The notes beneath the pieces were generated by a model, which did no database searches, was not told the DNA's origin, and worked only from the letters and a program-made list of their open reading frames with translations. The position numbers and the translations under genes are program-made. DNA of 64,000 nt, taken from assembly GCA_963924565.1 (NCBI GenBank), contig OZ004608.1, forward strand, positions 25,358,001-25,422,000. Reading direction: 5' to 3'. This document shows positions 35,994 through 49,300 of this stretch, piece by piece. Origin of the DNA: Ascidiella aspersa. Taxonomy: Eukaryota. Numbering within the stretch: the stretch's first letter is position 1; each line of letters starts with the position of its first letter.

Positions 35994-37475
35994 CGTGAAG
36001 TTGTGCAAACCTTTCCAGAAGCACAAGTCAAATGCCTAACAAGGTTAAGCAAGCAAATGCCCTTCGGGCTAATCCAGTGAAGCAAGGTCTCAAAGCGTAT
36101 CCACCTGATAGCGATGCAGTTGCGCTTGTGTTGTACTAACAGGGCGATAACAGCATTTTCAGTGAATTCCTATAGTTATATTTCGTTGCTTCTGCTCAAC
36201 ACAAGAAAACGAAGCTTTTGTTATTCGGCTGTCACTTTCACGTCTACTTACACGACCCTGCTACAACTGGCAAATGATCGCCACCCAGCCTCGAGCGTCA
36301 ATGGAGAATGACCAGAAAGAAAAAAAGGGAATCGCGTCGCCTTTTCTTTTTTACTATAGCGTTCCGCTGTGAGCCGGATAATCCGTTAGATAAATGGACG
36401 TGGCGCTGGGGGCCCTCCATTAATAAATTAAACAATAGATGGGTCTAATAAAAATATACGGCCAAGTATATTGTCTATTTCATCAAAACAACGAACAACT
36501 TACTATGGTTAAATGGACGTCCAGCATTTCAAATGTCCACACTGAAGAAGGTAGTTTACATGAACATTTGTGTTTTGACTCTGATATACACCCTCTACGT
36601 GCGTTGGTTTTATCGAAAACTAATACCAGTTCACTATATAAGAGAAACTAATACCAGTTCACTATATAATAATGGGTATTGATAGCAATGTGCAAGGATC
36701 TTCAATCGGAGACAAAGCCAGCTGTTAATATCAGCCTTCACAGGCAGTCGAACTCAAACGTCAAGTGTCAAAACGCGATTTGATTTGACTAATTTAGAAC
36801 CAACGTAGTAGGTCGCATTTGCGCAACCTTAATCTACAGTTACATACTAAGTTAAACACGCTAATTACAACAAGATAAATCACATGACTTTGGGTTTAAA
36901 GAGAATCGAACTTCCTAAAGATTAAAAATTAGTTTTTCACAGTGGCAAATTTACTTTGTGACATAAGCGCAACAACAATTAGTTTTAGAAAAAAAATCAT
37001 GTACAATAATAAGACATTGACCTGATATGAATTACCTATAGGTTGTAACATACAACAGTCGGCAATTCGTGTGGATTAGGCTTTAATAAGCTTTAAAAAG
37101 CTATAAACACCTATGATAGAAGTGAGCTAACGTAAAACACAAAGAATCCAATATCTAAAGTGACAACATTATAGGCTGTGTGGAACACACACGCACGCTA
37201 AGGATGGCGAGGACTTCAAAAGTACTCGAAATTTGCACTAAAGTGCTTGGCGCCGCGGCAGACGTCACGGGGAAACTGGAACACGCAGTTGGGGACCGTC
37301 GAGGGTCCACTCGTGACCAACGACTGGAAAAGGTCCTGGGCCGGCCGACAGGAACAAAGAAAACAAGGTTAAAACTAGCTTTGGCGAATTTTTTAGTCGT
37401 TTTCGGGCCTTTTTTGTCGGGGAGGTTCGCTTTGGCCGACGGGGTGCATCATCCATCATTCTACGACCAACTTAC

Positions 37476-37700
37476 CGGACACTGGAATTAGCGTTGCGGG
37501 CCAGTTAGTTCCACGGAGGTGACGGCAGTAAAACAGAGGGGATCAAGAGACATTTTGTGTTGGCACGCGGGACAAGCGAAAATATGTCAAGTGTTGTTGT
37601 GCCACATTCCGTTAACGCCGCGCTGGACCGTTCTTCAAGCTAAATTTAGGAAAACAATGCGGTGCTTGACATTTTGACGTTTGAAGGATTTTCCAACTGC
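37476..37700 (-). other. Probable upstream 5' UTR exon / promoter region of the LAR-RPTP gene (5' boundary approximate)
   Basis: Strong donor ccg|gtaagt at 37474-37475 in a GC-enriched region; matching acceptor at 36036-36037. Confidence 0.4.
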
Positions 37701-39639
37701 CGAAGGAATACGCACGAAACCCAGGGTTGTGCTGCGCAAATGCTTTAAACTTTAATAACACATTCGCAGCCTTAAGGGTTAAGATAACTCGAGTAGCATA
37801 CAGAACACTTGGGCATCCTCGTAATACATTCACGAACTCTTGAAAACGTGGAATATGGAAATATGGCCAACTGTCACATTGTTCCTCAATATTCCCAAAG
37901 CATACATAATATAAAATTAGAAAAATCGTGTCAAACGTAAAACACTAGATTAATATGTTTGTTATATATAATGCTAAAAAAACTATATTTAAACTTCAAC
38001 ATATAAAAATTGAAATACATACATATTGTTATACAAGAGAACACCGAGTTTAACTTCGCCTAAGGTACTCATTCAACATAACACTTAAAAGCTCGACAGG
38101 CTGTCTGAAGACACCAGCTGCCTAAATACACAATAAACAGTTCTAAAAGCTTAATGCATGAAAACATTCCAATATACACTGTCCTGTCATTTGTTTCACA
38201 TTATTTTACCAAGGTTTCCTTTAATGTAAATTTAAGCTGAAAGTTTTACAAGGTAGAAAATTTTTCCATTAGAAACAGAACACTATCTAAATACGAAGGT
38301 AAGTCAGCGACACACGCTGTGAACCACTTTCATTCACACTCTGGCTCTAACGATGTCACGCTTAAATGGCGACAGCTCTCTCAGCTTGCGTTGTGGTGAC
38401 TCGATAAACAAAGAATTTAACGAGCGAGACAAACCTCTTTACAAAGCGTGCTATACTGCACTCTTGTGGCACTATGTAGTACTGGAACATTACTTGATTG
38501 TGAATTACTAAATTTTTCTGTATAGTAGTTCGCATATTTAGTCAGAAATCAGAATTACTCTTAGCGCCTGGTTCAATAAAACTGCGCTTTTCCAACCGAG
38601 TTTGTTTGGGATTTTTGTCCCCGATCACCATTTCGGTTAATGGGTGAAAAATATTTTACTTTCTTTACGTATAGCAATGAGGCAAATTGATCTGTTGTGA
38701 CTTTATTTGATATTACAAGTTTAGTAGCCAGAACAGGTGCAAACAGAGAGGTCTACACAGTGTACCACCAGAAAGTGTACCATTTCTGCCACAAGGTGGT
38801 GCAATGTGTTTTATATCATTTTTGACTTCCTAAAAACGATCGGGCTGACATAATCCATATCGGAATTGTACCATAATTGTCTTTAAATCTGCTCGCTCAA
38901 ACTAATGCAGTATGTTGTCTTTCACCACAAGCGCAGCAAACGGCTTAAAAAGTTAAGAGCTCCAAACGGGAACACAAAATAAGACCAACAAAGCTACAGT
39001 ATATAATGAGAAATAATGTATAATACCAATGACTATTAAAGCGAAAAATGCATAATACCAATGATTTTTAAAGCGAAATACGCAGTAATATCCACGACAG
39101 AATGTGACTTAAACTCGCCTGAATAAGACCTACACCTGTCGAAATAAGTCCAAAATTCATCGCAAAAAAGGCCTATGGGCAACATAACAGCTTAAACTGT
39201 AGGGAGATGGTATGTGGCGATTGGGGACACCATGCCTGGCAGAGGTTTTGGTGTCGATGTATGGGCGCCCTGGTATTTTGGCACCGGAATTTTTGTTCAT
39301 GTTTAGGGTTAGGCATAAGGTTGTATGCCTTATTCTGGTCATTTAGTTTTTATTCTGACAACTTTTAGATTTATTACGATTTAAACATTTTTGAACTGTT
39401 ATGTACTAGTCCAACTTTGGTCTTATCCCAAACTTTTTTATTGAGACGTTGATGTTGTTCTAAATTTGGTATTATGGCTGGAATCTATAATAAAAACAGC
39501 TCCTCTGCTAATTGTAATTCTTAACCAACGTTTTGGCAACCTATGCAAAATCTCCTTCGTCAAGGTGAATGACACCAAACGCTCGTACAATATATGAAAA
39601 CGCACAAAGGAAAAAAGAAAAAAAACTCATGCCAGTTGT

Positions 39640-40395
39640 TGCTAAAACTTCATTCGTTTCAAAGGGCTGCGCCACAGGGAGTTTTAAAAGTTACTGCTTC
39701 GCGGAAAAATGATCAAACAAGTTTTGAACTCAAGAATGAAATACAGAGATTTATGGAAAGCAAAGGAAATAGTGTTGATGAATTCATGAACGAGGAATGG
39801 ATACCATGTTTTGCATTTCTGGCGGATATAACTACAAATCTAAACGATTCAAATTCTCGTCTACTGAGATAAAGCCAACTCTTACACTACGTGTTTGATC
39901 ATGTCAATGCATTTGCTGTGAAATTAACAAGTTCGAAAACGCAGAAAAACAAAAAAAATCGTTCTTTTTCCTACTCTTGAGAGTCTTCAAGTTCAAAACT
40001 CCTAAAAATATGCACAGAACTAAGAGTTTACCAGCCACAGGCTGACTTTAAAAAGTCTGCTATGCATGGCAATGTGTTTCCCTGCCCCTTTTCTGTTAAG
40101 ATAGAAAATGTACCTGAAAACATACAAAAGGAGTGTTTTTTTCAGTGTTCATCTGACCTAACGAAGAATTTAAGTTTCCATTGCTAGAATTTTACGAAAA
40201 CCATTAAGAGGATTCCCAGATTGGCAGTTTTTGTTACCTCGTTATTCGGCAGCACTAAGTTGTGTTCTCGCGAATAAACCACTGATTTCTGCAGCCATAT
40301 GAAAAATTCGCTTCGCATTGCTAGGCTATACATCGTCCATCTCACCTATATTGCCAAACTTGTTGTAGACAAACAGTGCCCAATTCCACATTGAA
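39640..40395 (+). pseudogene. Decayed hAT transposase C-terminal fragment (SPIN/Charlie/GTF2IRD2-like)
   Basis: FELKNEIQRFMESKG...WIPCFAFLADITTNLN...FDHVNAFAVKL, then VPENIQKE, LLEFY, SLFGST, SLRIA with stops and frameshifts. Confidence 0.8.
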
Positions 40396-40764
40396 ATGTT
40401 GTAGTGTAGTAATAACTTTGTTGACTTAAATATATCTTGGTAAGTTTATTGTTCTTAAAATTGCAAACTTGTACTAACATAATGTAGCAAGCATTGGTGT
40501 ATGGTTGTTTCTCGAGTCCATCCTCTCTGAACCCGTGTAGCTCACTTGGTAGAGCGACGTTCAGCCCTGACTCTACAGCCTCCATTTTGCCAATTTAGGT
40601 TACTAAAATAACGTGGATATTCAGCAATCCACCTAGAGGGGTGTCGTATATTTCATTCATTCACAATACATGGTTGGAAAATATTTCACCATATGCTGTT
40701 CCACCTTTACAATTCCAGTTGGCAGCCACATCAGTTTTAAAATTTTGTGCTGCGTACGCGCATG

Positions 40765-40852
40765 TCGGACTCGGGACTCGGGACTCGGGACTCGGAACTC
40801 GCGTAGTTTTACGTGGTCTTACTCCAGTCCCAAGTCCGACTCCGCAGCCCTG
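40765..40852. repeat. GGACTCG 7-bp tandem repeat plus GACTCCGCAGCCCTG MITE-type terminus (fragment)
   Basis: About 4.5 copies of ggactcg; ends gtccgactccgcagccctg; no partner end found. Confidence 0.5.
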
Positions 40853-41590
40853 CTGTAGGCTAGTTATTTTGCTAGCCTGCCTTGTTTGCATTATTATTGA
40901 TCGACAGATTCGGTAAGTCTGCCATGGCTTTCGGTAGTCTAATACACCTTTCTAATATTATAATTTTGGTGTGCTGGTTTAATCCGGAATAGTAAAACAT
41001 ACATTTCTGAGAATACAAATTAGCAGTAAACACTCAAGTGCACGATTTGGACTGTTCAAAGTTAAAAACACGAAGCATTAAATTTACTACTTACCACTTA
41101 TATATACCACTTTCCACTCTTCACTTATATCAAGACGTACAATTACTGCTTACCACAAATTGAAAGGGAGAACCGACCCACATTGTGGCTAAAGAAAAAC
41201 CGTAATGGTGACATACACATACTTAAACTTTTGTTATCCTCATTTACCCAATATTGTCTTTCTTTTTACGTAATATTCGCCGCGGCCCTTTACCAGCCGG
41301 TTTTTTCGCCTTTTATTTGTTTTCTTCGCTTATTCACACATATTCCCCCGCTTTTCTTTGTGCTCCGTGTTTATTAATTATTGTCATTTGTTCTTTCGCC
41401 TCGTGTAATATTCGTCCCGCCCGATTTTTCGCCATTCCCTTTCTCTACTAATTTGTTTTTTTAAGTGATGCGAATAAACAAACTCAATAACGTATAAGAC
41501 AATCACGACGGAATCCAACGATAAGACTACAATAAAAACGACATCAACGTTAAAAAAAACACAGTTCGGTATAATATCAAAATAGGACTA

Positions 41591-42855
41591 GGGGAAGGTT
41601 GCCCTAGATGGGACGTTGCCTGAGTCGGGACTTGGGGATTACATCAACGTGTCATTAGGTAGCGCCAATTCTTAATTATTGTTTAAAGCACCCAATGGTA
41701 GCCATCACTTTAGCACAAAACAATTTCAGTAGGCTGACGGCGTTTTTACAACATATCAATTGAAAGAAAATAGGGGGGTTTTCTTGCTGGTTTTATTATT
41801 TTTTTATCGGAGTTATTTCATATTTGTTGAAGTTAAATTTTTGACTAATATATGGGTAATTTACCAGGCTTACTTATACAGGTAAGTTTTTCATATTATC
41901 TTGTACCTATAAGCAGCCAGTATACCTTCTGTATATGGTGATGTGGGGTGCGTAAGATGCGACAGGCCGTTCCCAAGTGAGGAACTATTTGTTGCAACCT
42001 ACATCATGGGTTATTGTGACAAATAATGGACTTGCCATTACCTCTGTTTAACAAGCTAACATTTGTTATAGTTCAAAAGTTTTCAACTAACAAATTTTAA
42101 TATGATTAGTTTTAAATTTTTGATGTATGACGTAAAACATTTTATACGGTTTCCCTATCCATAAAATACGTTAGGAAATGCACCTGGTTTAAATGGATCA
42201 CCGTATTAACATGTTTGTAAGAAATATTATAAATGCAGGTAAAAATTCACTTAACAAAAACCATACCTATTCGAATTAAAACAAAATTATTGTTTAGAAG
42301 TCCACTAAAAAACAAACGAGCAAACAGACAAGTTTTGGCCTAGGTCGTGTGTGTTGAGAGCTATAAACACAGGCAGAATATTTGTGTAATGTATTCAATG
42401 TAAAAATATAGACACAACAAAACTAAAGTTTCAAGACAGTCACTCTTTGCCACGCACTTGTCCTGTTAATTTAAAAATAGTAATTTTCGCTCACCACAGC
42501 AAATTCGTTCTAACATTCTGTGAAATTGTTCTAAACAGGCTAGTTTTAAACTTATGTAAGTCTAACAGGTTTAGTTGAAGTTGTTTTTAATGCTTGTGGT
42601 ACAAATTGATCAATTTAAAAGAACGGATTCGTCCTGTCCCATCATATGAAACTCTGGTTTCTAAAGACGGGACACAACAACGTTTTTTCTAAGACGATTT
42701 TATAAAAAAAGTTAGAACGCAAGACGCAAAGTTATAAGTTTATTTTAAGCGTAAAGGGCAGGTATCAAGTAGGCATGATATTATTCAAAATTATTGTTAT
42801 AACTTAGAACTACAATAATTTGAAAAAACGTGTCCTATCATGGGCAACCTTCCCC
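41591..42855. mobile_element. Non-autonomous TIR DNA transposon flanked by TA (Tc1/mariner-pogo-like)
   Basis: TIRs GGGGAAGGTTGCCC / GGGCAACCTTCCCC, TA on both sides, subterminal gatgggac-like repeats, no transposase ORF. Confidence 0.8.
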
Positions 42856-43629
42856 TACTTCCTAATAGTCGTATAATGTATAAAGCAGAAGTCCTAAATC
42901 CGTCGCAATAGGACCTAAAAGGCCAGGATCAGGCCTATACTGTACAACCATTTACCTAATCTCAAACCCCACCCCTAAGTAGCCTACATCACTAACCTAA
43001 TAATTTTAATCCTAACCTAATATCTAACCCCTACCATTACCCACCACTAACCCCAAAAAGGGGCAAAAATCCGGTTAACTTAAGGGACCATATATAAAAA
43101 CGACACACGCAAGAGAATTGATTCTCCCCATTCCTGACATTGCGACCTTACGTGGATTAGTTTTAGATGGTCATAAGGCATAATTGAAATCTTTGTGTAT
43201 AGATTGGAACATGAGAAGGACTTTTTAAATGAAAGTAATTTCATTGGAAAAAAAACGCTTTGTTGTTACTTTAAAGTTTCACATTTGTTGGATTGAAAAT
43301 AGTAGGTTTCTGGAGTCTACTTGTTTTTATGATGACACCTCTTAAAAATTTCAGGCTGACCCTGGACCACGCTAACCAAAAAAAACTGTTAAAGGGGTCT
43401 GCGTTAAAAAAAATTAAGAAAGCCTGTCTCAGTACTCAAAATGGGCAAAATAATTTAAAAAACAGACCACAACATATTTATTACTTCTTATACCTCACAA
43501 ATGGCAACTAACAAGAAGTAAAATGAAACTAATAATTAGTTGTTTTTTAAATTGATTAGGCCTACATAAGCCTTATATCCGGCCACAAAAATAAAGTGAT
43601 TGCAGATAGTTTTTCCTCTCAGCTTATTC

Positions 43630-43952
43630 CAGTGGTTCTCAACCTTTTTTCTTCCGTGGCCCATTTACGTTGCAAAAAAATTCTGTGGGCTAATAGAATT
43701 TTTATCAAAGAAAAAACTTTAAAATAGGTTTAGAACAAAACACAGCAGAACATATTTCAAAACAGATTATTTATTCAACCGTGCATTAGTGAGATACTTG
43801 CGGCTGAACAATAAATTTACATTCCTTTCAATTTCTACCCAAGCCATTATTACTGTAAAATATAATGACACAAATAAAACTAAATCTAGCTTTTTAATTT
43901 GGTCTGTGGCCCACCTCAAATGTTCTTATGGCCCACTGGTTGAGAATCGCTG
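43630..43952. mobile_element. hAT MITE
   Basis: TIRs CAGTGGTTCTCAACC / GGTTGAGAATCGCTG; TSD gcttattc / gcttatcc (1 mismatch). Confidence 0.85.
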
Positions 43953-44814
43953 GCTTATCCAAAATTTTGTCTAGCTAAACCTATCAAACAAAAAATAAAT
44001 TACAATCTAATTTAAGGTAAATCAGATTCAACCTTGAAAATATTGTATGTTTCGTGCTTTCTGCGAATCTAAATAGTTATTATTGCCAATGTATCGATCG
44101 TAAGTCTTTCAAATTAGGTTTCAGTGTGGCCATCCGAATGTGGGGTGAATGGGCCCTCTGATCTCGAAGCAAAATCATCTATATGAAAGAGATTGACATG
44201 TGCAAACGTTTAGCCCTATGAAGAACATTCCCCTATTTTTTCAAGTTGCACAAGTTTGACCGTGCGACGTAGGCACAATGTAGATGAAAAAACAACAGAA
44301 TGGCGTAATAAAAAGGCCCACGGGTTCAGTAACTAATTTGTCGATTGGGACAACGCTAAGTGGTATTGCCGAACCAACCAACGCAACACCAAAATAATTG
44401 TAGCCTACGTTTTAGCTACAAATTAAAATTTGTGGATTTTCACCTAGGCTAGTCCTGTTTGTAAAACAGCAACCAATTGTCAAGTTGGAAAAGGACATAA
44501 TGGCCACATAGCTAAATTCAATTGTTACGTCCATGAATAAACAATGACTTGATTTTCCGGGTCACTATGCCCTCTAAATCTGGGGTGAAGCCGGTGGGAG
44601 TACCTAGACTACGTTGAGGGGGTTCATAAAGGCCTAATTAAAATATTGGTGTTTAATTTGAAAAGTACATTACATTTTCAAAACAAGTGTTAATTGAAAA
44701 ATCCTTAATGCATTCAGACTTTTTTTTAGACTTCAGTAAATAAACGTAAACCAAACGAACTAGATTTAGTAACTATATGGCGATATCAAACGAAGGATTC
44801 CAATTTGGGTAAAC

Positions 44815-44820
44815 TTTATT
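44815..44820 (-). terminator. Possible polyadenylation signal (AATAAA) of the GPBP1-like gene
   Basis: AATAAA on minus strand about 1.6 kb after the stop; other candidates exist. Confidence 0.3.
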
Positions 44821-46396
44821 CGTCGATAAATCTGTTCTTGAGTATGCAGTCCGACACGCGAAAATTTTTCTAGAAATCTAAAATTAAGAAAAAGAAGAGA
44901 AGAGGTGATGCGACCAAACAATCAAACAAGCGTCGCCGGTGTATCGCCAAGGAAAAGCTAAAACGCGAACTTTAGTAAAATCACTTCAGCGCCGTCACGC
45001 ACGCGCACACACACATATCGAAATAACGCGAAAGGCGTGGCTGGAGAAATTCAACAAACAAGAACAAACGAAAAAATAACAACAGCAGATGCCACTCTAA
45101 GCCGAATTTTGCCTTAGACATGAAGGGCGGAGATGACGAGTGAAAGATAGGAAGAGTCGATTTTCCTGCCGAAAGCGCACCAGATCACAGCCTACACTGA
45201 AGGGCCGACGTGAACATAAAATTTACATAAACCCCCGATAGAGAGAAGTACCGCAGTCAGTCACAGCTTTCGTTAATTTGTGTCGAGAGAGAGATCCCGA
45301 TATACGCAACAGGTGTCAATGCATTTTGGTATTTTCTTAAAATTTTGTGATTTTCGCGGACGATCGCAATAACGTAGCTATAGAAAGCATTTAAATTAAA
45401 GGGGGCTGCGAATTTACGATCGCAATAACATGGCTGCGAATTTATTAGCAAACATTTCGCGTTTACCAAAATAGCGTAATTTCACACAGGTGCCGATCTA
45501 CAGTGAAGCAAAGCATAAGAACTGCTACAAAACGTGTGTGAAAGCTCGCTGAAAATAAAGGGAGCGATAGTAGAGGAAGTGTTACATTTCTTTTACATGG
45601 TAATGCACGTGTTCGCAACTCTAACAGAAGCGGTGAGATAGTATAATGGCAAATCAGTATGTTGTACTCGCAATTGGCTTTTTTCATAAAGCCAAATAAG
45701 TTTTTCGCCTGAGACAGTAGTTAAGTATGTTGAACTCGACAAAAACGCGCGTTTTTAAACGTAAAGTGAATGTTAAGGCCTCGTATGCCAACTATAGTCT
45801 AATTAGCTGGGGACACAAAGCTATACGTCTTCCCGTGCTCCACGAAAAACAACCGCGTCCCATTATCTTGCCGTTGATATTATCACACAATAAACAATCG
45901 AATCTATCGAAATCCGCTGTGTAACATGCCCAATCTTTATTCACGAAAACAGAATATTCCTTTGCTGTACAGGCATTTTAAACATATGATACGCGCAAGG
46001 ATAAGATATCGACATGTTACGACGAACATTCGTAGCGGGCAGAGCTCAATAAAGTGCGTTGAAATTTTATGGGCAGGAGATTCGAAATCGGCCGTGCGCT
46101 TCGAGGTTTGTAAGTGTATCGTCGCTCAGTGAGATGAATGGCGGTTCGGTGGCAGTAGAGCAAGTGGACGGGTGGTTTAAACGAAATATCGCAGTCAGAA
46201 GAGGTCCGACATAACTCGTGTCTTGACGCTTACAAAATTCTAAAATTTTTCAACACCGGCTAAGTTTAATGGGGAAACAAATTCAAGCTGACAGCAATTT
46301 AAGTCAGGCAAACAGCGACACAAAATCATTACCGAAAAGTGTAATTATTACTTTCTGCACTCTGGACAAAAAATTACAATTTGGGAAACGAGAGCG

Positions 46397-49300
46397 CTAA
46401 TCGGAGTCGGAAAACGACAGCTGGCTTTCGGGAGACGATCGCCCGTCCTGGAGGCTCTCCGTCGCCACCTCGCGGTAACTCGAAAACCTAACAGCGCCCT
46501 CGCCGGCCCCCACGCGACCAACGCTCCAGGTGTTAAGCGCGTTGCGAAATGCTGAGGATCGATGGGAGACGGAGGGCACAGACAGGAGACCCTTGCACTT
46601 GTTTCGGGTGAAAAACTCGCGAATTTCGTCGTCGGTAAGCGGCTGATCGACGCCGTCTTCATCGGTCTCGTCGACCTCATCAACGCCGCCGGCCGCGGCG
46701 GCCGAGTCGCGCGCCAAGCTTCGACGGTCTTCTGTCCAGCCCATCTCGCGCAGCAGTCTGGGGCGAAGAAAGGAAGTTAAACGTTAGTTTTTTATGTATT
46801 TTAACAGCATAAATGCATTTGTTTTTTATCGCTTTGCGCGGATCATGTTTATGCATCCAGAACCGTTTTGAAGTTTTTTTCTCATCCCCAATGCGCCATT
46901 ATTACCCTGAAACTATAACCTTTCGCCAACTTCGTATACTCGGTAAATTTACCCGCCTTCTTCTAAGATCAATTTTCAATTGTAAACCAAAAAATTGTCA
47001 GTTCAAACTTAATAACGGGCCCGCCGAGACATTTTAAGCTTGGCTGTGACACGAGTCTGAAAAAAGGTTCCCGAACCCTAATTTAGGTCAAGCATATAAG
47101 CTGATTTAAATTTCTGTCGGGGTAACACCTCTTCGGGCAAAATCTGCATCAACCCGTTAAATGAGCCTGAAATAGACAGAACTGCCAACCTGTTTTTACC
47201 TTTAATATGGGGTTTTACACACTGCTTCGTATGCAACAAATCCTAAATTTCAAAACCCGCTTTGGCGTTTGGTCTCTCAATACAATAAGAAAACGTTAAA
47301 TCTAAAGCAAAAGCTTCCAATCGCTACCAACATAAAATACACTTATCGTTCAATATCATTACTTTAATGATACCACAACGGTGAAGCCTATGTTTGCGTT
47401 CGCTTTGCTCGCCAGATTTTCGGGTATGTGCGACTTTGTCAGAAAGTATAAGTTAAACGCTTTAGCATTAAGTATGGTGAATAACAAACGTGTATCGTGA
47501 AAGTATTATATTGTTCACTAACAGACAGCACTTTAATAATTTATTTGTTGTAATCAGAGTAGTTCGCCACTGTACGTTGTCCTCCAATGTTTTAGAGCGC
47601 GCATTTGCAATTTGTCACGACGAAATTACGCGTAACACAACGCATTGTTTCAATGATAAAATACGGAAGCGCTAATCGTTTTCCCAAGTACTATTACGTT
47701 TTGTTGGTGATATTACTAAACTAAGCATTTTGTACAGATTTAAAAAACGCCCTGGAATTTCGAAGGTTCGGCACCTATGTCCACAAGCAAATAATCCTCC
47801 TATTCATACATGTGATGATGTGGTTTTTAAGTGTAATTCATACGACAATAATACATTTTATTTGTTAAATTAATGCAAATATATCCAAATATATAATATA
47901 TTAAACTAGCTACAGAGATTAAGGTCTCATATGCCACTAAACCACCGACAAGATTTTAATCGAAAAGGGCGAAGAAACAGAATATAACCTTCTATGGCGC
48001 CGATGTTTGTTCATTATAGAGACACAGACTAACAGGCGACGAAGCGTTTCCGCATTCGGATGCTGTTTGCCAGGTTCAAATCTAATAAGTTCGAATGAGA
48101 CATCGTCGCATCGTCGCTTGTGTCAAACTGAGCGATCGAGTTCTCACGGGAAAAACTACATCAAGCTATCCGCTTAGCCGACAAAAGCGCTCAGTCGATC
48201 GCCTTAATTGTTTCAGACAGGCGATGAATTCGATTTCGGCATGTCGCTTCGTTGTCAAACTTGCGTAAGTAAGAAACTTTTGTGAGGAATGAAAGCGTGC
48301 GGTTCTCGCTATATATATACGTGAAGCGAGGCATATCAAGTAAATTATGACGATCGCACTACGACATACAAGTGCTCATTTGCGAAATCATGTAGCTATG
48401 GTAATTAGGAATAGGGCTTAAGCGTAATCATTTTGCAAACTTTTTTAGAATACGATCAAGACTTAATGGCGAAAAAAAAAATCATTTAATGCTCAAAAAA
48501 ATACTACAAAAATTTACACATAAATTTTGGACATAAACTTGATGTGCAATTATACACAGCGAAAACCTATTCCTATGACATGTAGTATTCCTAGTGGGAG
48601 ATGGCTTTTTTTAGTACGAGTGGGGCCTTTGTTCATAGTTTTAAACGTTCAAACAAAGATAATAACACTAACAGATTTGTCTTTTGATTGCCTTCTTGTC
48701 AGAAACAACAAGATGTATGTTTTAAAAACAACAGCAACAACAAACCTGTATTCTGCCTCGAGCGAACTAGAAAGTGGGGGAAGCACCGCAGAAGTGGCAT
48801 AGTCGTTGTTTTCGCGCTTGGTGCAGATCGGAAAGCGCCGGTCAGCTGAAAACAAACAAACAAAAAAAAAACAGCGAGTGTGAGATATTCGAACTGACGA
48901 GCCTTGGTAAAGCGGGCTTTTCTTTCATTTTTACACACAAACCAAAAATCTGAGAAGTTGTTTTATGCATGTTTTTTTTTACTACACGGTAACGACCAAC
49001 TTCAATTGACTGTCTAAAAACAATCTTTTTGAAACAGGCGCAACCCGAAAATCTAGGGTGGTATGAAAGCTATGTCAGGAAATAATAAAAAAAAAATTAT
49101 GAAGAGTGTTCTCAACATAAATGAAGGCCATACGACAATCGGTAAAATCAGTCAACTATTTAGACTTGTTTTCAGGGAAAGATTTTTCTAATGCCAAGTT
49201 ACTTTGTTGACTTTTTCTCGGCATTTATTGTTTCTCGGCATTATTGTGGTGTAAATGGGAAAGTTTGGCTTTATAATAATACAACAAATAGAAAAAGGTA

